DNA from: Candidatus Saccharimonadales bacterium
Lineage (GTDB): Bacteria > Patescibacteriota > Saccharimonadia > Saccharimonadales > EFPC-124
Direction: 5' to 3'
DNA: 64,000 nucleotides
Assembly: GCA_035457485.1 (NCBI GenBank)
Contig: DATIBO010000006.1
Coordinates: forward strand, 178,659-242,658
Position numbers and translations under genes: made by a program. This document shows, piece after piece, positions 8,389-18,200 of the stretch. The notes beneath the pieces were generated by a model that saw only the letters and a list, made by a program, of their open reading frames with translations, did not search any database and was not told the DNA's origin. The first letter of the stretch is position 1, and the number at the start of each line of letters is the position of its first letter.

Positions 8389-8777
8389 CAAAGCGTGAAC
8401 CTCCCGAAATTATAAAGACTGTTGGTTTTGATTTTGCGTGGGATGAAAAACTCGTTTGGAAGCTAAAATATCCAGTACAAGAAATGCCAATCCGTGAGCT
8501 CGTGTGGCACTTCGAATTCCCGTTTTTGTGGTCTAAGCCAGATGGATTTTATGATGTAAAACCTAGCGATGTCATTAATGATCCCATAAAATTCGCCGAT
8601 GAATATTCGAGAACAATGAAAGCCGACACTAAATACCCTATAGATATTATGTTTTATAAAGATCGCTGGATGATCTTAGATGGCCTGCACAGATTGATGA
8701 AGCAGAGCGTTGCGGGTGATAAAGTAGTTAAGGTGCGTAAAATTCCAACCAGCGCGATAGAAATGATAAAAAAGTAG
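8385..8777 (+). CDS. ParB/sulfiredoxin-like N-terminal-domain protein
   Basis: 130 aa with ILDGLHRLMK (DGxHR-type motif). ATGA overlap with the upstream gene. Confidence 0.4.
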   Translation: MTKREPPEIIKTVGFDFAWDEKLVWKLKYPVQEMPIRELVWHFEFPFLWSKPDGFYDVKPSDVINDPIKFADEYSRTMKADTKYPIDIMFYKDRWMILDGLHRLMKQSVAGDKVVKVRKIPTSAIEMIKK

Positions 8778-8812
8778 CTCTAGGTAAGAGCGCTACGAGG
8801 CGTTAGCGAGAA

Positions 8813-9037
8813 ATGAAAATCACAGTTAAAGTTAAACCAGGCAGCAAAAAAGGGCCGCTCGTTCAGCCGGGTTTAGCTGGAGATTTGTTAGTTTACATTA
8901 AGGAACCCGCTCTTGAGGGCAAGGCGAACGTTTCTTTAGTTAAGATTTTGGCTGAGTATTATAATGTTTCTAAGTCGCGAGTTGTAATTTTAAAGGGCAA
9001 GACTTCTACTACGAAAATTGTTGAGATTTTGTTATAG
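8813..9037 (+). CDS. DUF167/YggU-family protein
   Basis: 74 aa. ITVKVKPGSKK...EGKANVSLVKILAEYYNVSKSRVVILKGKTSTTK pattern. Confidence 0.65.
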   Translation: MKITVKVKPGSKKGPLVQPGLAGDLLVYIKEPALEGKANVSLVKILAEYYNVSKSRVVILKGKTSTTKIVEILL

Positions 9038-9089
9038 ATAAACCGGCATAGTACTCGAGATTTCGATGTAGGTTCGCTATACTTTAGAA

Positions 9090-9656
9090 ATGTCAACTAA
9101 AGATAAGATTCTGGTTGTAAGCGGAGCTTGTTTGCTTCTGCTAAGTCCACTGATCGCGGGTTTTGTCTCGCGGGCGTTGGAGCCGCTTGTGTGTCGCCCG
9201 GCATTGGGCGAGTTCACCATTTTTAACGCATGCTACGCTTCTATTGGTTTGTTCCCTTACATAATGGGAGTCATCATTCTGGCCGCCACCTTAATGATTT
9301 TGAAATCAGTTTTATACGACAAAAGAAAAAATAAGCCATTTATAGCTATAAAATGGACCAGAAGTTATGCAAGTAAGGTTAACAAACTTACTCTGCGTAA
9401 TACCACTTTGGCGATTATTACAGCTAGCTGTGTACTATGGTTGGGTTCGGCTGGCAATTTGTGGCCATTCATGCTAGAGACTATTGAGTGTCGCAAACTT
9501 CCGGTAGAAACTTACGAAACTAGAACCGAAAAATATTATAAAATTCCTGGAGATGCCGATTACGGGGTAAACATATTTAACGAATATAAATTTTGCGACG
9601 AGCAGGCTGCAGTTGACGCTGGTTATGCACATTATTTGAGAAACTACTATAGATAA
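9090..9656 (+). CDS. Hypothetical membrane protein
   Basis: 188 aa, 3 TM helices, Cys-containing extracytoplasmic tail. Confidence 0.45.
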   Translation: MSTKDKILVVSGACLLLLSPLIAGFVSRALEPLVCRPALGEFTIFNACYASIGLFPYIMGVIILAATLMILKSVLYDKRKNKPFIAIKWTRSYASKVNKLTLRNTTLAIITASCVLWLGSAGNLWPFMLETIECRKLPVETYETRTEKYYKIPGDADYGVNIFNEYKFCDEQAAVDAGYAHYLRNYYR

Positions 9657-9682
9657 CTTTTCTTTTGACCAAAATTAAAGAT

Positions 9683-10147
9683 CTAGGTCCGTGTTTTGCC
9701 TGATCGATTTTTTTGATATTGCCTAATAAACCAGATAGTAAAGAATGCTGCCAATAAGAGCCCAAAAATTTGCAATCCCAGTTCAACTCCACCAAAGTGT
9801 GTTAATGCGTTTAGGCCGGCGTAACCGATTGAAAGATAAAATATCGAATTGATCATTGTGCCAAAAAATGTAGATGTTATAAAAAGTTTAAAATTAACTT
9901 TAACAATGCCGCCTATTATCGAAATAAACGCACCTGGGAAAAACGGGAGTGCGTTCATTGTGAACAGCGCTATCCAATCGTTAACCGGATTTCCACTCAG
10001 TCGTTTACCAAAATCTTGCAAATCCTTGTGGGTAACGCCAAAAACCCGGCGACCATTTTTTAGAGTTAACTGGGCTAGTTTGTCGGATAAAAAGTATAAA
10101 ATCGTTGCTCCAGCGGCGCGCCCTATTGCCGAAAATAAAACTAACAC
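9683..10147 (-). CDS. DedA/VTT-family membrane protein (true N-terminus probably upstream, to about 10318)
   Basis: DedA-like TM core. The in-frame upstream sequence encodes VELFVLAGTFLEEVFSPIPSFLVLVPAGAVV, a conserved DedA N-terminal motif, but contains no ATG/GTG/TTG between the stop at 10322-10324 and the GTG at 10147. Confidence 0.6.
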   Translation of the reverse strand: MLVLFSAIGRAAGATILYFLSDKLAQLTLKNGRRVFGVTHKDLQDFGKRLSGNPVNDWIALFTMNALPFFPGAFISIIGGIVKVNFKLFITSTFFGTMINSIFYLSIGYAGLNALTHFGGVELGLQIFGLLLAAFFTIWFIRQYQKNRSGKTRT

Positions 10148-10327
10148 AAGTAAGTACCACCATTCTTGACCCCTAAACTGTACTACTGCTCCAGCAGGGA
10201 CCAGAACTAAAAACGATGGGATTGGCGAAAAAACTTCTTCTAAAAAAGTCCCGGCGAGTACGAATAACTCAACCGGGACGGTTTTTAGAATTTCGAAGAT
10301 ACTTTGTAGATTGTCGATATCTTAATT

Positions 10328-10948
10328 TTACAGTAGTAGATCCTCGTTGGCTACCATAAATATTTCGCTTATTTTGCCGCAATCAAAGTCAAAAACTACA
10401 ACCTTGCCGTCGGCCGAACGACCGACATAGGTGTTGTCATCAAAGTAATCGGTGTAAAAACCCGCATCCCACATTGCAATTGTGGCTGCATCTGGTTCAA
10501 ACTCCCAAGGATCCGTGGCGCTGTTAAGGTAGTCTAGGTCTGCTACAGCCTGTGCCGGGGTGCGATCGCCGATACCCTCGGAAGCGGCAATTATTACGGT
10601 AACGGTGTCGGCCATGTATCCTTCGAGCGCCGCGGTGTTGCCGCTATTGATGGCGTCGGCAATATTTGCTTGAAGATCGTTAGTTACGGTCGGGTCGCAG
10701 GCGTCGCTTGGTGTTGATGGAGTGGCGGTTACTTGTTTTTGCTGTAAGTCAAGTATTCTCGCTTGAAGTTCGCTGTTCTGATTTTTTAAGTTCGTTATCT
10801 GTTGGTTAAGTGACGTCCACTGCCAAACTAGCCAACCAATTGCAAGCAAGGCCACTACCAGCAGACCAATCAAAACGCCGATTAAAGTTTTTTGGCTGGA
10901 TTTTTTACCCTGCATTTGTTGTGATTGTGACGGTTGTATATCGTCCAT
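10328..10948 (-). CDS. Hypothetical membrane-anchored protein (TM + coiled coil + acidic domain)
   Basis: 206 aa with one TM helix (LIGVLIGLLVVALLAIGWLVW). Confidence 0.5.
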   Translation of the reverse strand: MDDIQPSQSQQMQGKKSSQKTLIGVLIGLLVVALLAIGWLVWQWTSLNQQITNLKNQNSELQARILDLQQKQVTATPSTPSDACDPTVTNDLQANIADAINSGNTAALEGYMADTVTVIIAASEGIGDRTPAQAVADLDYLNSATDPWEFEPDAATIAMWDAGFYTDYFDDNTYVGRSADGKVVVFDFDCGKISEIFMVANEDLLL

Positions 10949-10990
10949 ATTACCCCCTATGTTTTAAATCTATTATAACCTAAGTTAAGT

Positions 10991-11866
10991 TTATTCTAGA
11001 CTTTTTAAGATTTTGGCTATATCGTTCCTGTCTTTTAAAACTCCTTGCCACAGGTCACCAACTTTTTTGATCCGGGTAGGCATGTTTTTGATCGTGAACT
11101 GACTTGGTCTTAATCTAGGCGTAACCTCACTCCAGTCTAGGGGGGCGCTTACGCTAGCATCTTTAGTTGGTCGCGCACTATACGGTGCGGCTAAAGTTTG
11201 ACCGCGGCTATTCTGTAAGTAATCCAAATAGATCTTACCCTTGCGGTCTGACGGTGAGCGGACCAAACTTGTAAGTTTTGGAAGCTGTTTATTGACCTCG
11301 ATCCCGATTAAATGGATCAACTGGCGTCCTTGTGCATATGTGTATTTTGCGCCCAAAGGTACGTAAATGTGGATTCCAGATTTACCACTAGTTTTAGGAA
11401 AGGCCTTTACTTTCCAGTCGGTGCAAACTTTTTGCACAGCCTTCGCAACTTTTACTACCTCTTTAAAGTCATTGCCGTCTGGATCGAGATCCATTACGGC
11501 CCAGTCAGGTTTGTCGTCTGATTGAATGCGTGAATTCCATGGATTAATTTCGATGCAGCCAAGCTGCACCATGTAAATTAAAGTCTGCTCGTTGTTACAA
11601 ACAAGGTAGTTTACATTTTCATTAGTGCTTTCGCTATGGACTACAAAGTTTTTTGTAAAGTCCGGCAATGGGTGAGTGAAATTTTTCTGAAAAAATCCCT
11701 CACCATGAATTCCGTTTGGTTGGCGCAGTAGTGATTCTGGACGATCTTTTAAGTATTTCAAAATTGTTGGCGCAACAGCTTGGTAGTATTCTACTAAATC
11801 GCCTTTGGTGAAATTTAACTCTGGCCAAAAAATTTTATCTAAATTGGTAAGTTCTAGTTTGTCCAT
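10991..11866 (-). CDS. LigD polymerase/primase (Pol) domain protein, NHEJ
   Basis: 291 aa. LTNLDKIFWPE...KTSGKSGIHIYVPL...SVSAPLDW are typical of LigD Pol domains. Starts 2 nt after the stop of the ligase gene. Confidence 0.85.
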   Translation of the reverse strand: MDKLELTNLDKIFWPELNFTKGDLVEYYQAVAPTILKYLKDRPESLLRQPNGIHGEGFFQKNFTHPLPDFTKNFVVHSESTNENVNYLVCNNEQTLIYMVQLGCIEINPWNSRIQSDDKPDWAVMDLDPDGNDFKEVVKVAKAVQKVCTDWKVKAFPKTSGKSGIHIYVPLGAKYTYAQGRQLIHLIGIEVNKQLPKLTSLVRSPSDRKGKIYLDYLQNSRGQTLAAPYSARPTKDASVSAPLDWSEVTPRLRPSQFTIKNMPTRIKKVGDLWQGVLKDRNDIAKILKSLE

Positions 11867-11868
11867 TT

Positions 11869-13386
11869 TTACCCCTTTGGTTTTTCGCGGTGGACTTGAT
11901 TTGGTTTTTTATCATCACGCATACCTTCGAATGACGGGTGTCGCATTGTTCCTCCGGAGGTCCACTCTGCAAAACTAACCTCGCAAACTAGTCTTGGCTC
12001 GACCCAGTGGATTTTAGATTTCGCAACGGGCTCCGTGGTGAATGGCGAGTGTTTAATCTCAAGCTTTTTGAGTTGTTCGTAAAGCTTTTTTAAAACCGAT
12101 TGTTCAAACCCGCCGCCCGAACTACCAATATGAACGAATTTACCTTTTTCATAAACACCTAAAAGTAGGGCGCCAAAATATTCACGGCTGCCCATAGGTT
12201 CAGTGTAGCCGCCGATAACAGCTTCTTGTCGTAAGTGTGTTTTAATTTTTAACCAGTTACCCCCGCGGACATTTTGCTGATATTTACTGTTGATTTTTTT
12301 AGCTACAATGCCTTCAAGGTGTGATTTTTGGGCCTGCTTAAATAGTTGTTTACCTTGTTTTTCAATATGATCACTATAGCGAAGCACTGCACTGGCTTTT
12401 ATAGTTTTTTGCAGAATTTGTTTACGCTCAATTAAGGGTAAACTAGTTAAATCTTTGCCGTTTAGCCACAAAATATCAAAAGCATAGTAATAAAGCGTGC
12501 CTTCGCTTTTCGAGCTCCAGTTTTGCATCCATTCGAAGTGAGCGTGACCAGTTTTGTCAACTACAACGATTTCACCATCTAAGACAACGTCGTCTTTTAG
12601 GCTAAGAATCGCCTCTGTTATGCGAGTGTATTTTTGCGAAAAGTCGTTGCCGTTTCGTGAATAAAGTTCAATATGTGTTTTGTTTTTTGTTGCGATTGCT
12701 CGATAGCCATCCCACTTTATTTCAAAGATCCAGTCATCCCCGTCGAAGGGATCATCAACTAGCGTGCAAAGCATTGGTTTTACGTTTTTTGGCATAGATT
12801 TTTTGGGTGCATTTTTAGCCTGATCCCGCGCAAGTTGCTTTACGGTTTTGCCGCTAACTACAGATTCGTTTTTCTTCAAAATATCTTTGGTTGTTGCCTG
12901 GGTGTCGCCTTTTTTAACCATTAGCCATGCGTCATTGTCCTTGGAATTTTGAAGTTTTATTAGTGCAAATTCACCTTGCAGTTTTTGACCAAATAAATAA
13001 AAAGTTATATGGCCTTTTTTTAGGCCTTCCAACATTTCCTTTTCACCACCGTTGTTTAAAGGCTGGTATGTTCCGGAATCCCAAATAATAACTTCGCCTG
13101 CGCCATAGTTACCTTCGGGTATCACGCCTTCAAATTTACGATATTCAAACGGATGATCCTCAGTTATGACGGCTAAATGATGATCTCTCGGGTTCATGCT
13201 CGGTCCTTTTGGTATGGCCCAGCTTTTTAAAACCCCGTCAACCTCCAACCTAAAATCGTAATGATGTTGGCTAGCCTGGTGTTCTTGCACAACAAATTCT
13301 AGTTCTTTGCTACTTTTGCGCTCTGCACCTTTAGGTTCTGGGGTTTTATCAAAATTGCGTTTTGCGTGATATTTTTGCAGGCCCAT
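11869..13386 (-). CDS. ligD: DNA ligase D: 3'-phosphoesterase domain + ATP-dependent ligase domain
   Basis: PE domain (FVVQEHQASQHHYDFRLEVDGVLKSWAIPKGPS); ligase motif I (EIKWDGYRA). I prefer ATG 13386, preceded by GGGAG, over the track start at 13398. Confidence 0.85.
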   Translation of the reverse strand: MGLQKYHAKRNFDKTPEPKGAERKSSKELEFVVQEHQASQHHYDFRLEVDGVLKSWAIPKGPSMNPRDHHLAVITEDHPFEYRKFEGVIPEGNYGAGEVIIWDSGTYQPLNNGGEKEMLEGLKKGHITFYLFGQKLQGEFALIKLQNSKDNDAWLMVKKGDTQATTKDILKKNESVVSGKTVKQLARDQAKNAPKKSMPKNVKPMLCTLVDDPFDGDDWIFEIKWDGYRAIATKNKTHIELYSRNGNDFSQKYTRITEAILSLKDDVVLDGEIVVVDKTGHAHFEWMQNWSSKSEGTLYYYAFDILWLNGKDLTSLPLIERKQILQKTIKASAVLRYSDHIEKQGKQLFKQAQKSHLEGIVAKKINSKYQQNVRGGNWLKIKTHLRQEAVIGGYTEPMGSREYFGALLLGVYEKGKFVHIGSSGGGFEQSVLKKLYEQLKKLEIKHSPFTTEPVAKSKIHWVEPRLVCEVSFAEWTSGGTMRHPSFEGMRDDKKPNQVHREKPKG

Positions 13387-13422
13387 TCTTACTCCCAACA
13401 GATCGTATCAGACATAATTCAA

Positions 13423-14181
13423 TTACTTCTTCAAACTTGCTTTCAGGGCTGCCATTAAATCTTTAGCCTCTGTGTTTTTGCTTGGTTTTGGCGAGCTAAC
13501 TTTCTTGCCTTTTAGCTTTTTCTCAATCATCTCCTCAAGCTCTTCCACGTAAGTATCGTGATAGTCTTCGGGTGCAAAATGCTTGGTTTGCTGCTTGATT
13601 AATGTTAAAGCTACTTCTAGCTCTTTCTCGCTGACTTTTTCATCGGGTAGTTTTAGGCCACTACCAGTCCTTAAATCTGTTGGAAAGCGCATTTGATCCA
13701 GTACTAGAGCATTGCCAACCGGCTTTATAACGCCCAAATGTTCACGATCGTGGAAAACCCATAAAACTAATGCAATTTTCTTAGAACTCTGCAAGGCTTC
13801 GCGCAAAAGTGCATAGGCTTTTTCACCACCTTTTACAGGCTCTAAATAGTAGGGTTTTTCAAAATAACGAACGTCGATTTCTTGTTCTTCTATAAAGCTT
13901 TGAATGTCCACAGTTTTGGATTTTTTAGCATCAGCGCTCTGCAGATCTTTTGGCGAAAGTACAATGTAATCCCCGTCTTTATACTCGTAACCTTTAACAA
14001 TTTCTTCCCAAGGCACCTCTGTACCTTCTTTTCGGCAAATGCGTGCATAACGAATAGGCGAGTGGTCGGCCTTGTGAAGCATGTCTAAATCGAGCCCTTT
14101 TCGCGGATTCGTGCCGCTATATAAGTTCACGGGTATATTTACTAAGCCAAAGCTTATTGAGCCTGTCCAGATTGGTCGCAT
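13423..14181 (-). CDS. ku: Ku DNA end-binding protein
   Basis: MRPIWTGSISFGLVNIPVNLYS N-terminus and a basic C-terminal tail. Confidence 0.9.
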   Translation of the reverse strand: MRPIWTGSISFGLVNIPVNLYSGTNPRKGLDLDMLHKADHSPIRYARICRKEGTEVPWEEIVKGYEYKDGDYIVLSPKDLQSADAKKSKTVDIQSFIEEQEIDVRYFEKPYYLEPVKGGEKAYALLREALQSSKKIALVLWVFHDREHLGVIKPVGNALVLDQMRFPTDLRTGSGLKLPDEKVSEKELEVALTLIKQQTKHFAPEDYHDTYVEELEEMIEKKLKGKKVSSPKPSKNTEAKDLMAALKASLKK

Positions 14182-14308
14182 AGATCCTCCATATTGCTAA
14201 TGTTAACATACTTTTAAAACATAAGTACTTAGGTATATTATGTAGAGAATGGTCAAATCCATAAACTATCACCAGGATTTTGCGTGTAATTAACAGGAGG
14301 CGTGGTAG

Positions 14309-14980
14309 ATGATTGAAGTAATTATAGATATGCTGCCGAGTGCACTTGGCGTAGTAATAAGTCCGTTGCCGATTGCGGCCATGATTTTGATCTTAATGAG
14401 CGACAGAGCTAAGTCTAATGGTACGGCTTTTGTGGCGGGTTGGATTTTGGTGGTTTTTGCAGTAGGTTTTACCGGCCTGAACTTAATTGGTTCAAACCAG
14501 GACACAACTGATCACAATAAAGTTGCGCTGATTGTTCAGTTAATTGCCGGAATTTTATTACTATTTTTAGCCGGAAAAAACTGGGTGTCGCGACCAAAAG
14601 GTACCGGAGAACCAAAAACTCCGGGCTGGATGTCGAGTTTAAGTAAAATGCGCTGGTTCTCGGCATTTGGACTTGCAATTCTGCTTGGTGGCGTAAACCC
14701 TAAAAACCTGGCGTTGATCTTGGGGGGTGTTGGTTCGATTGTCGAAGCCAATCTAAGCGCAACCGACGGTTACGTAGCCTTGACGATTTTTGTTGTAATT
14801 GCTAGCTTGTCGCTGGCAGTTCCGTTGTTGTACATAATTTTTGCTGGTCAAAGCGCCAAAAAACTACTATCAAAGCTAAAAGTTTGGTTGGTGCGATACA
14901 ACTCTGTGGTAATGGCGGTAGTTTTACTTTTGGTTGGGCTAAAGTTAACTATCAAAGCTATCGTGAAGCTGTACGCCTGA
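14309..14980 (+). CDS. GAP-family (Sap-like) membrane protein
   Basis: 223 aa, 6 TM helices. N-terminus LPSALGVVISPLPIAAMILIL. Confidence 0.45.
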   Translation: MIEVIIDMLPSALGVVISPLPIAAMILILMSDRAKSNGTAFVAGWILVVFAVGFTGLNLIGSNQDTTDHNKVALIVQLIAGILLLFLAGKNWVSRPKGTGEPKTPGWMSSLSKMRWFSAFGLAILLGGVNPKNLALILGGVGSIVEANLSATDGYVALTIFVVIASLSLAVPLLYIIFAGQSAKKLLSKLKVWLVRYNSVVMAVVLLLVGLKLTIKAIVKLYA

Positions 14981-15034
14981 TTATTAAAAGTGAATTAGGT
15001 TAAATAAAATCTGGCGTTAATATATACTAAATTT

Positions 15035-16693
15035 ATGAAACAGAACATTCCAGATGAACAATATATAGCTGACGCCTTATGGCAAAAAAACTTTGATCTT
15101 TCGAAAGTTCCACAAGAAATTAAAACTAAAATTACTTCTCAAAAGCACTCTGCCGCAGCCTATGGTGAGCGCATGCGCGACTATATTAATTGGCTGTATG
15201 ATCACCCCCAGAGCTACAACCCAAATTACAATCAGCGGTACAAGCAACTGAGTCGAGCGGTACAATCATTAACGCCGCATCAGGCTTATATTTTACGCAG
15301 CAATACACTAGGAAAAAATGCGTCTCAAGGGTTCGAAAAGATTCCTGACAAGGCAAACATTAAGCTGCCACATGATAATAAGCTAATGCTGCGCAGCCAA
15401 GTTGGCTGGCATTTTTTTGTGGGCAGTGTGTGGGGCGAGGATGGTCAGGAGTATGGTGTTGAACTTATGTTTTTTGGGACAGCAATTTTACCTCCGCAGC
15501 TTGCCGCCGACGCTGGGTTGTCTGACCTAGAAAATCAAATCATGGAAGTTCAGCTGGCAATTTCAAAGGCTGGCGAGGTACATCATCAAGCTGATCCGGT
15601 GGTGGTTGCCGGTACTTCGGGTTTGCTTGAGTGCTCGACTGATCCATTTAGCATAAGTCTGGGCAAAAATCATTTACGCTCAAGTAAAAAAGGTGCTTTG
15701 TTCCCGCTTAATTTAACTGCAAAGGGATGGGATCGCGCTAAGGCGGGCGATTCGTTTGAGATTGGCCTTGATCTTAACGTAAACTCAGATCGACCGGTCT
15801 TGTATCAAGGCGACGACGGCGCGATGCCTTCGTTGGCTGGAATTGGTACGCTTTATTATTCTATTCCGGCACTTGAAATATCGCCCGGCAGTAGTTTAAC
15901 GTATGGCGGTAAACAAGTTAAATTAAAACGCGGACTGCTTTGGTACGACCACCAATGGGGTTTTATGGGTGGTAATCCAAATTCGGCAGTGCTGCGTGCG
16001 GCGAGTAACATGGGAGGCGCGCCTGCATCTGGGTGGGACTGGTACATGATGCAGTTTGACGGAAACAGGCAAATCACCGTATTTGCAACGCACAGCAATA
16101 AATTAAAGCAATTTTATTTTCAGTCTGGACCTACGCCGCCAGGGACAATGCAAGTTTCGGTGGCTGGCAAGTATATGGACGAAGCTGGCGACCTACATAT
16201 TGTCTGGGGTGAGTTAACCATCGACGGTTGGGCGCAGGCGAAAACCAGTCCCAATCCGGCGTTGTACCCAGTTACCAATGTTTGGCACCCTAATCACTGG
16301 ATATTTGAATTTAACGATCCTGTTCCCGAAGACATTCGGCACTTTAGCATGGAACAGATTGTTCCGGTTGCTCAGACCAATTATTTTGCTAATACTGCGC
16401 AGTATAATGAAGGTGCGGTTTATATTAAAAATGTTCAGGGCGAGGATATCGGTCGCGGTTTTGCGGAAGCAGTGTCGTATGCGAATACCTCTGAGAATGC
16501 TTACAGATTACTAGGATTTGAGCAAAACGCCAGGCTTACGCGCACGCTGCAAAATCAAACGGCATCGCTTCTTGGTCGCTTAGCCAGTTTATGTTTTGTA
16601 ATTGGTCATCAATCCGAACTAAAACATGAGCTAACTCACGCTGCAGGGCTAGAATTTATGGGCCCAGGGCCGGCGCCTGTTCGCCGAACTTGA
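15035..16693 (+). CDS. AttH/CrtC-like lipocalin-fold protein
   Basis: 552 aa. WHFFVGSVWGEDGQEYGVELMFF and LWYDHQWGF resemble hydroxyneurosporene-synthase/AttH family signatures. Confidence 0.45.
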   Translation: MKQNIPDEQYIADALWQKNFDLSKVPQEIKTKITSQKHSAAAYGERMRDYINWLYDHPQSYNPNYNQRYKQLSRAVQSLTPHQAYILRSNTLGKNASQGFEKIPDKANIKLPHDNKLMLRSQVGWHFFVGSVWGEDGQEYGVELMFFGTAILPPQLAADAGLSDLENQIMEVQLAISKAGEVHHQADPVVVAGTSGLLECSTDPFSISLGKNHLRSSKKGALFPLNLTAKGWDRAKAGDSFEIGLDLNVNSDRPVLYQGDDGAMPSLAGIGTLYYSIPALEISPGSSLTYGGKQVKLKRGLLWYDHQWGFMGGNPNSAVLRAASNMGGAPASGWDWYMMQFDGNRQITVFATHSNKLKQFYFQSGPTPPGTMQVSVAGKYMDEAGDLHIVWGELTIDGWAQAKTSPNPALYPVTNVWHPNHWIFEFNDPVPEDIRHFSMEQIVPVAQTNYFANTAQYNEGAVYIKNVQGEDIGRGFAEAVSYANTSENAYRLLGFEQNARLTRTLQNQTASLLGRLASLCFVIGHQSELKHELTHAAGLEFMGPGPAPVRRT

Positions 16694-16741
16694 AGTAACA
16701 TGAACGCAAAAAAACTTATTAAAACTTAACTAGGGGCAAGT

Positions 16742-17242
16742 ATGGAAACCGAAATTAAACCAACCAATAAAAATGATCTAGGTTGGCTTTCTTGGCTGGT
16801 GGTTGGAGTGGTTGTAGTGGCCAGCGCTGTCCTTGCATGGTGGCAATATAGTCAGATACAAAGTTTGCAAAATCAATTAGCGCAAAAACAAACTGCGCTG
16901 GACACAGCCGAAACTGATCTGCCTTTGACTGAACTCAACGGGGTGATTGAGCCGGATAATCCTGACGCACCAGTAAGTACGAACAACGACACGGCGCAGA
17001 TTCTGAGTGTTACCGATGCTTACGTTCGTGCTCCAGTCGCGGCCGAATCTGAGAAGTTTGAATACACAATCGCTGATAAAACTGGCGATTTTGCCAAAGT
17101 CAACGTTAAGCTTAGTGAAGGTGGCGGCTATTACCTGGTACTTAAAAAGGTAGGCGATCAGTGGACGGTGTTGTTTGGCGGTCAGGACGTTCCGACCGAA
17201 GAAATGGCACAGAAATACGGTCTGCCAGCTGGGTATTATTAG
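16742..17242 (+). CDS. Hypothetical membrane-anchored protein
   Basis: 166 aa with one TM helix. Confidence 0.45.
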   Translation: METEIKPTNKNDLGWLSWLVVGVVVVASAVLAWWQYSQIQSLQNQLAQKQTALDTAETDLPLTELNGVIEPDNPDAPVSTNNDTAQILSVTDAYVRAPVAAESEKFEYTIADKTGDFAKVNVKLSEGGGYYLVLKKVGDQWTVLFGGQDVPTEEMAQKYGLPAGYY

Positions 17243-17539
17243 ATGGTTATTCACCCGCACCATTATTCTGTTAAAAAACAAAAACGTGGGCCGCTCGATC
17301 TACTCGTTTACTTTTTTATGATCGCCACTCCATTGTTCGAAATTCCGCAGGCGATCGCAATTTATAGTAGTAAGGATGCCGCAAGTGTATCGCTACTTAC
17401 TTGGAGCTTTTTTTGGGCGGCCAGCGTTGTTTGGTTTATGTATGGTTATAAAAATAGGCTTGTACCAATTATGGTAACTTACGGATTGTATTTTATTGTT
17501 GAGGCTGTGATTGTAGCGGGGATTTTGATGTATTCGTGA
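17243..17539 (+). CDS. PQ-loop / SemiSWEET-like 3-TM transporter
   Basis: 98 aa, 3 TM helices, EIPQAIAIY PQ motif. Confidence 0.55.
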   Translation: MVIHPHHYSVKKQKRGPLDLLVYFFMIATPLFEIPQAIAIYSSKDAASVSLLTWSFFWAASVVWFMYGYKNRLVPIMVTYGLYFIVEAVIVAGILMYS

Positions 17540-17572
17540 TTTTGGGTGTAGCGTGCGCTACACCCTGTGGCG

Positions 17573-18106
17573 CTAATTTTCGCAGCAACTTATTAGGTCG
17601 TCCACGATTTGTTTAATATCCTGCTCGGCATTTAATCTGACGGCGCCAAAATTGACCATGTCACGACGGAATTGCGGCACAAGACCATTGATCCAGCTTT
17701 CATGTTCGGGTGTGCAATCGAACGGGAAGGGTGTGTGACGGCTGGGAGACTTCAATCTAGTGAAAATCGTTTTGGGCGATACGTCTAAAAACGCCACGGC
17801 ATCGAAGATCCCAAGTTGAACCAGCTCTAGTGAATTCGCTGCAATCCCAGCCATGTAAATGATTTGGTTTTTTGGACAGACATTTAAAAACTCTGTAATC
17901 GCTTTGATATTCCAGACGAAGTCGTGATTGGCTCTCCACTCGGGACTATTACTGTATTCGCAAGCAATTCCCTGCTTATTAATCCATCCAGAGAGATTGG
18001 CCATTTGATCTAGGTCAAAGGCCGACCTACCTCGGTTGCAGAGTTCATTTACGAGACTGCTTTTGCCGGAGCCCGCTAAGCCCAGTACTAAACATTTAAC
18101 CACCAA
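17573..18106 (-). CDS. P-loop NTPase/kinase-like protein
   Basis: Walker A GLAGSGKSS at the N-terminus; 177 aa. Confidence 0.55.
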   Translation of the reverse strand: MVVKCLVLGLAGSGKSSLVNELCNRGRSAFDLDQMANLSGWINKQGIACEYSNSPEWRANHDFVWNIKAITEFLNVCPKNQIIYMAGIAANSLELVQLGIFDAVAFLDVSPKTIFTRLKSPSRHTPFPFDCTPEHESWINGLVPQFRRDMVNFGAVRLNAEQDIKQIVDDLISCCEN

Positions 18107-18200
18107 AACATTCTATAACACTTAACTTAAAACGTTGACAAAAAAACAAAGCACGAGCATTATAGAATTAACCCAGTTAATAACTAATGGAAGGATTTAA

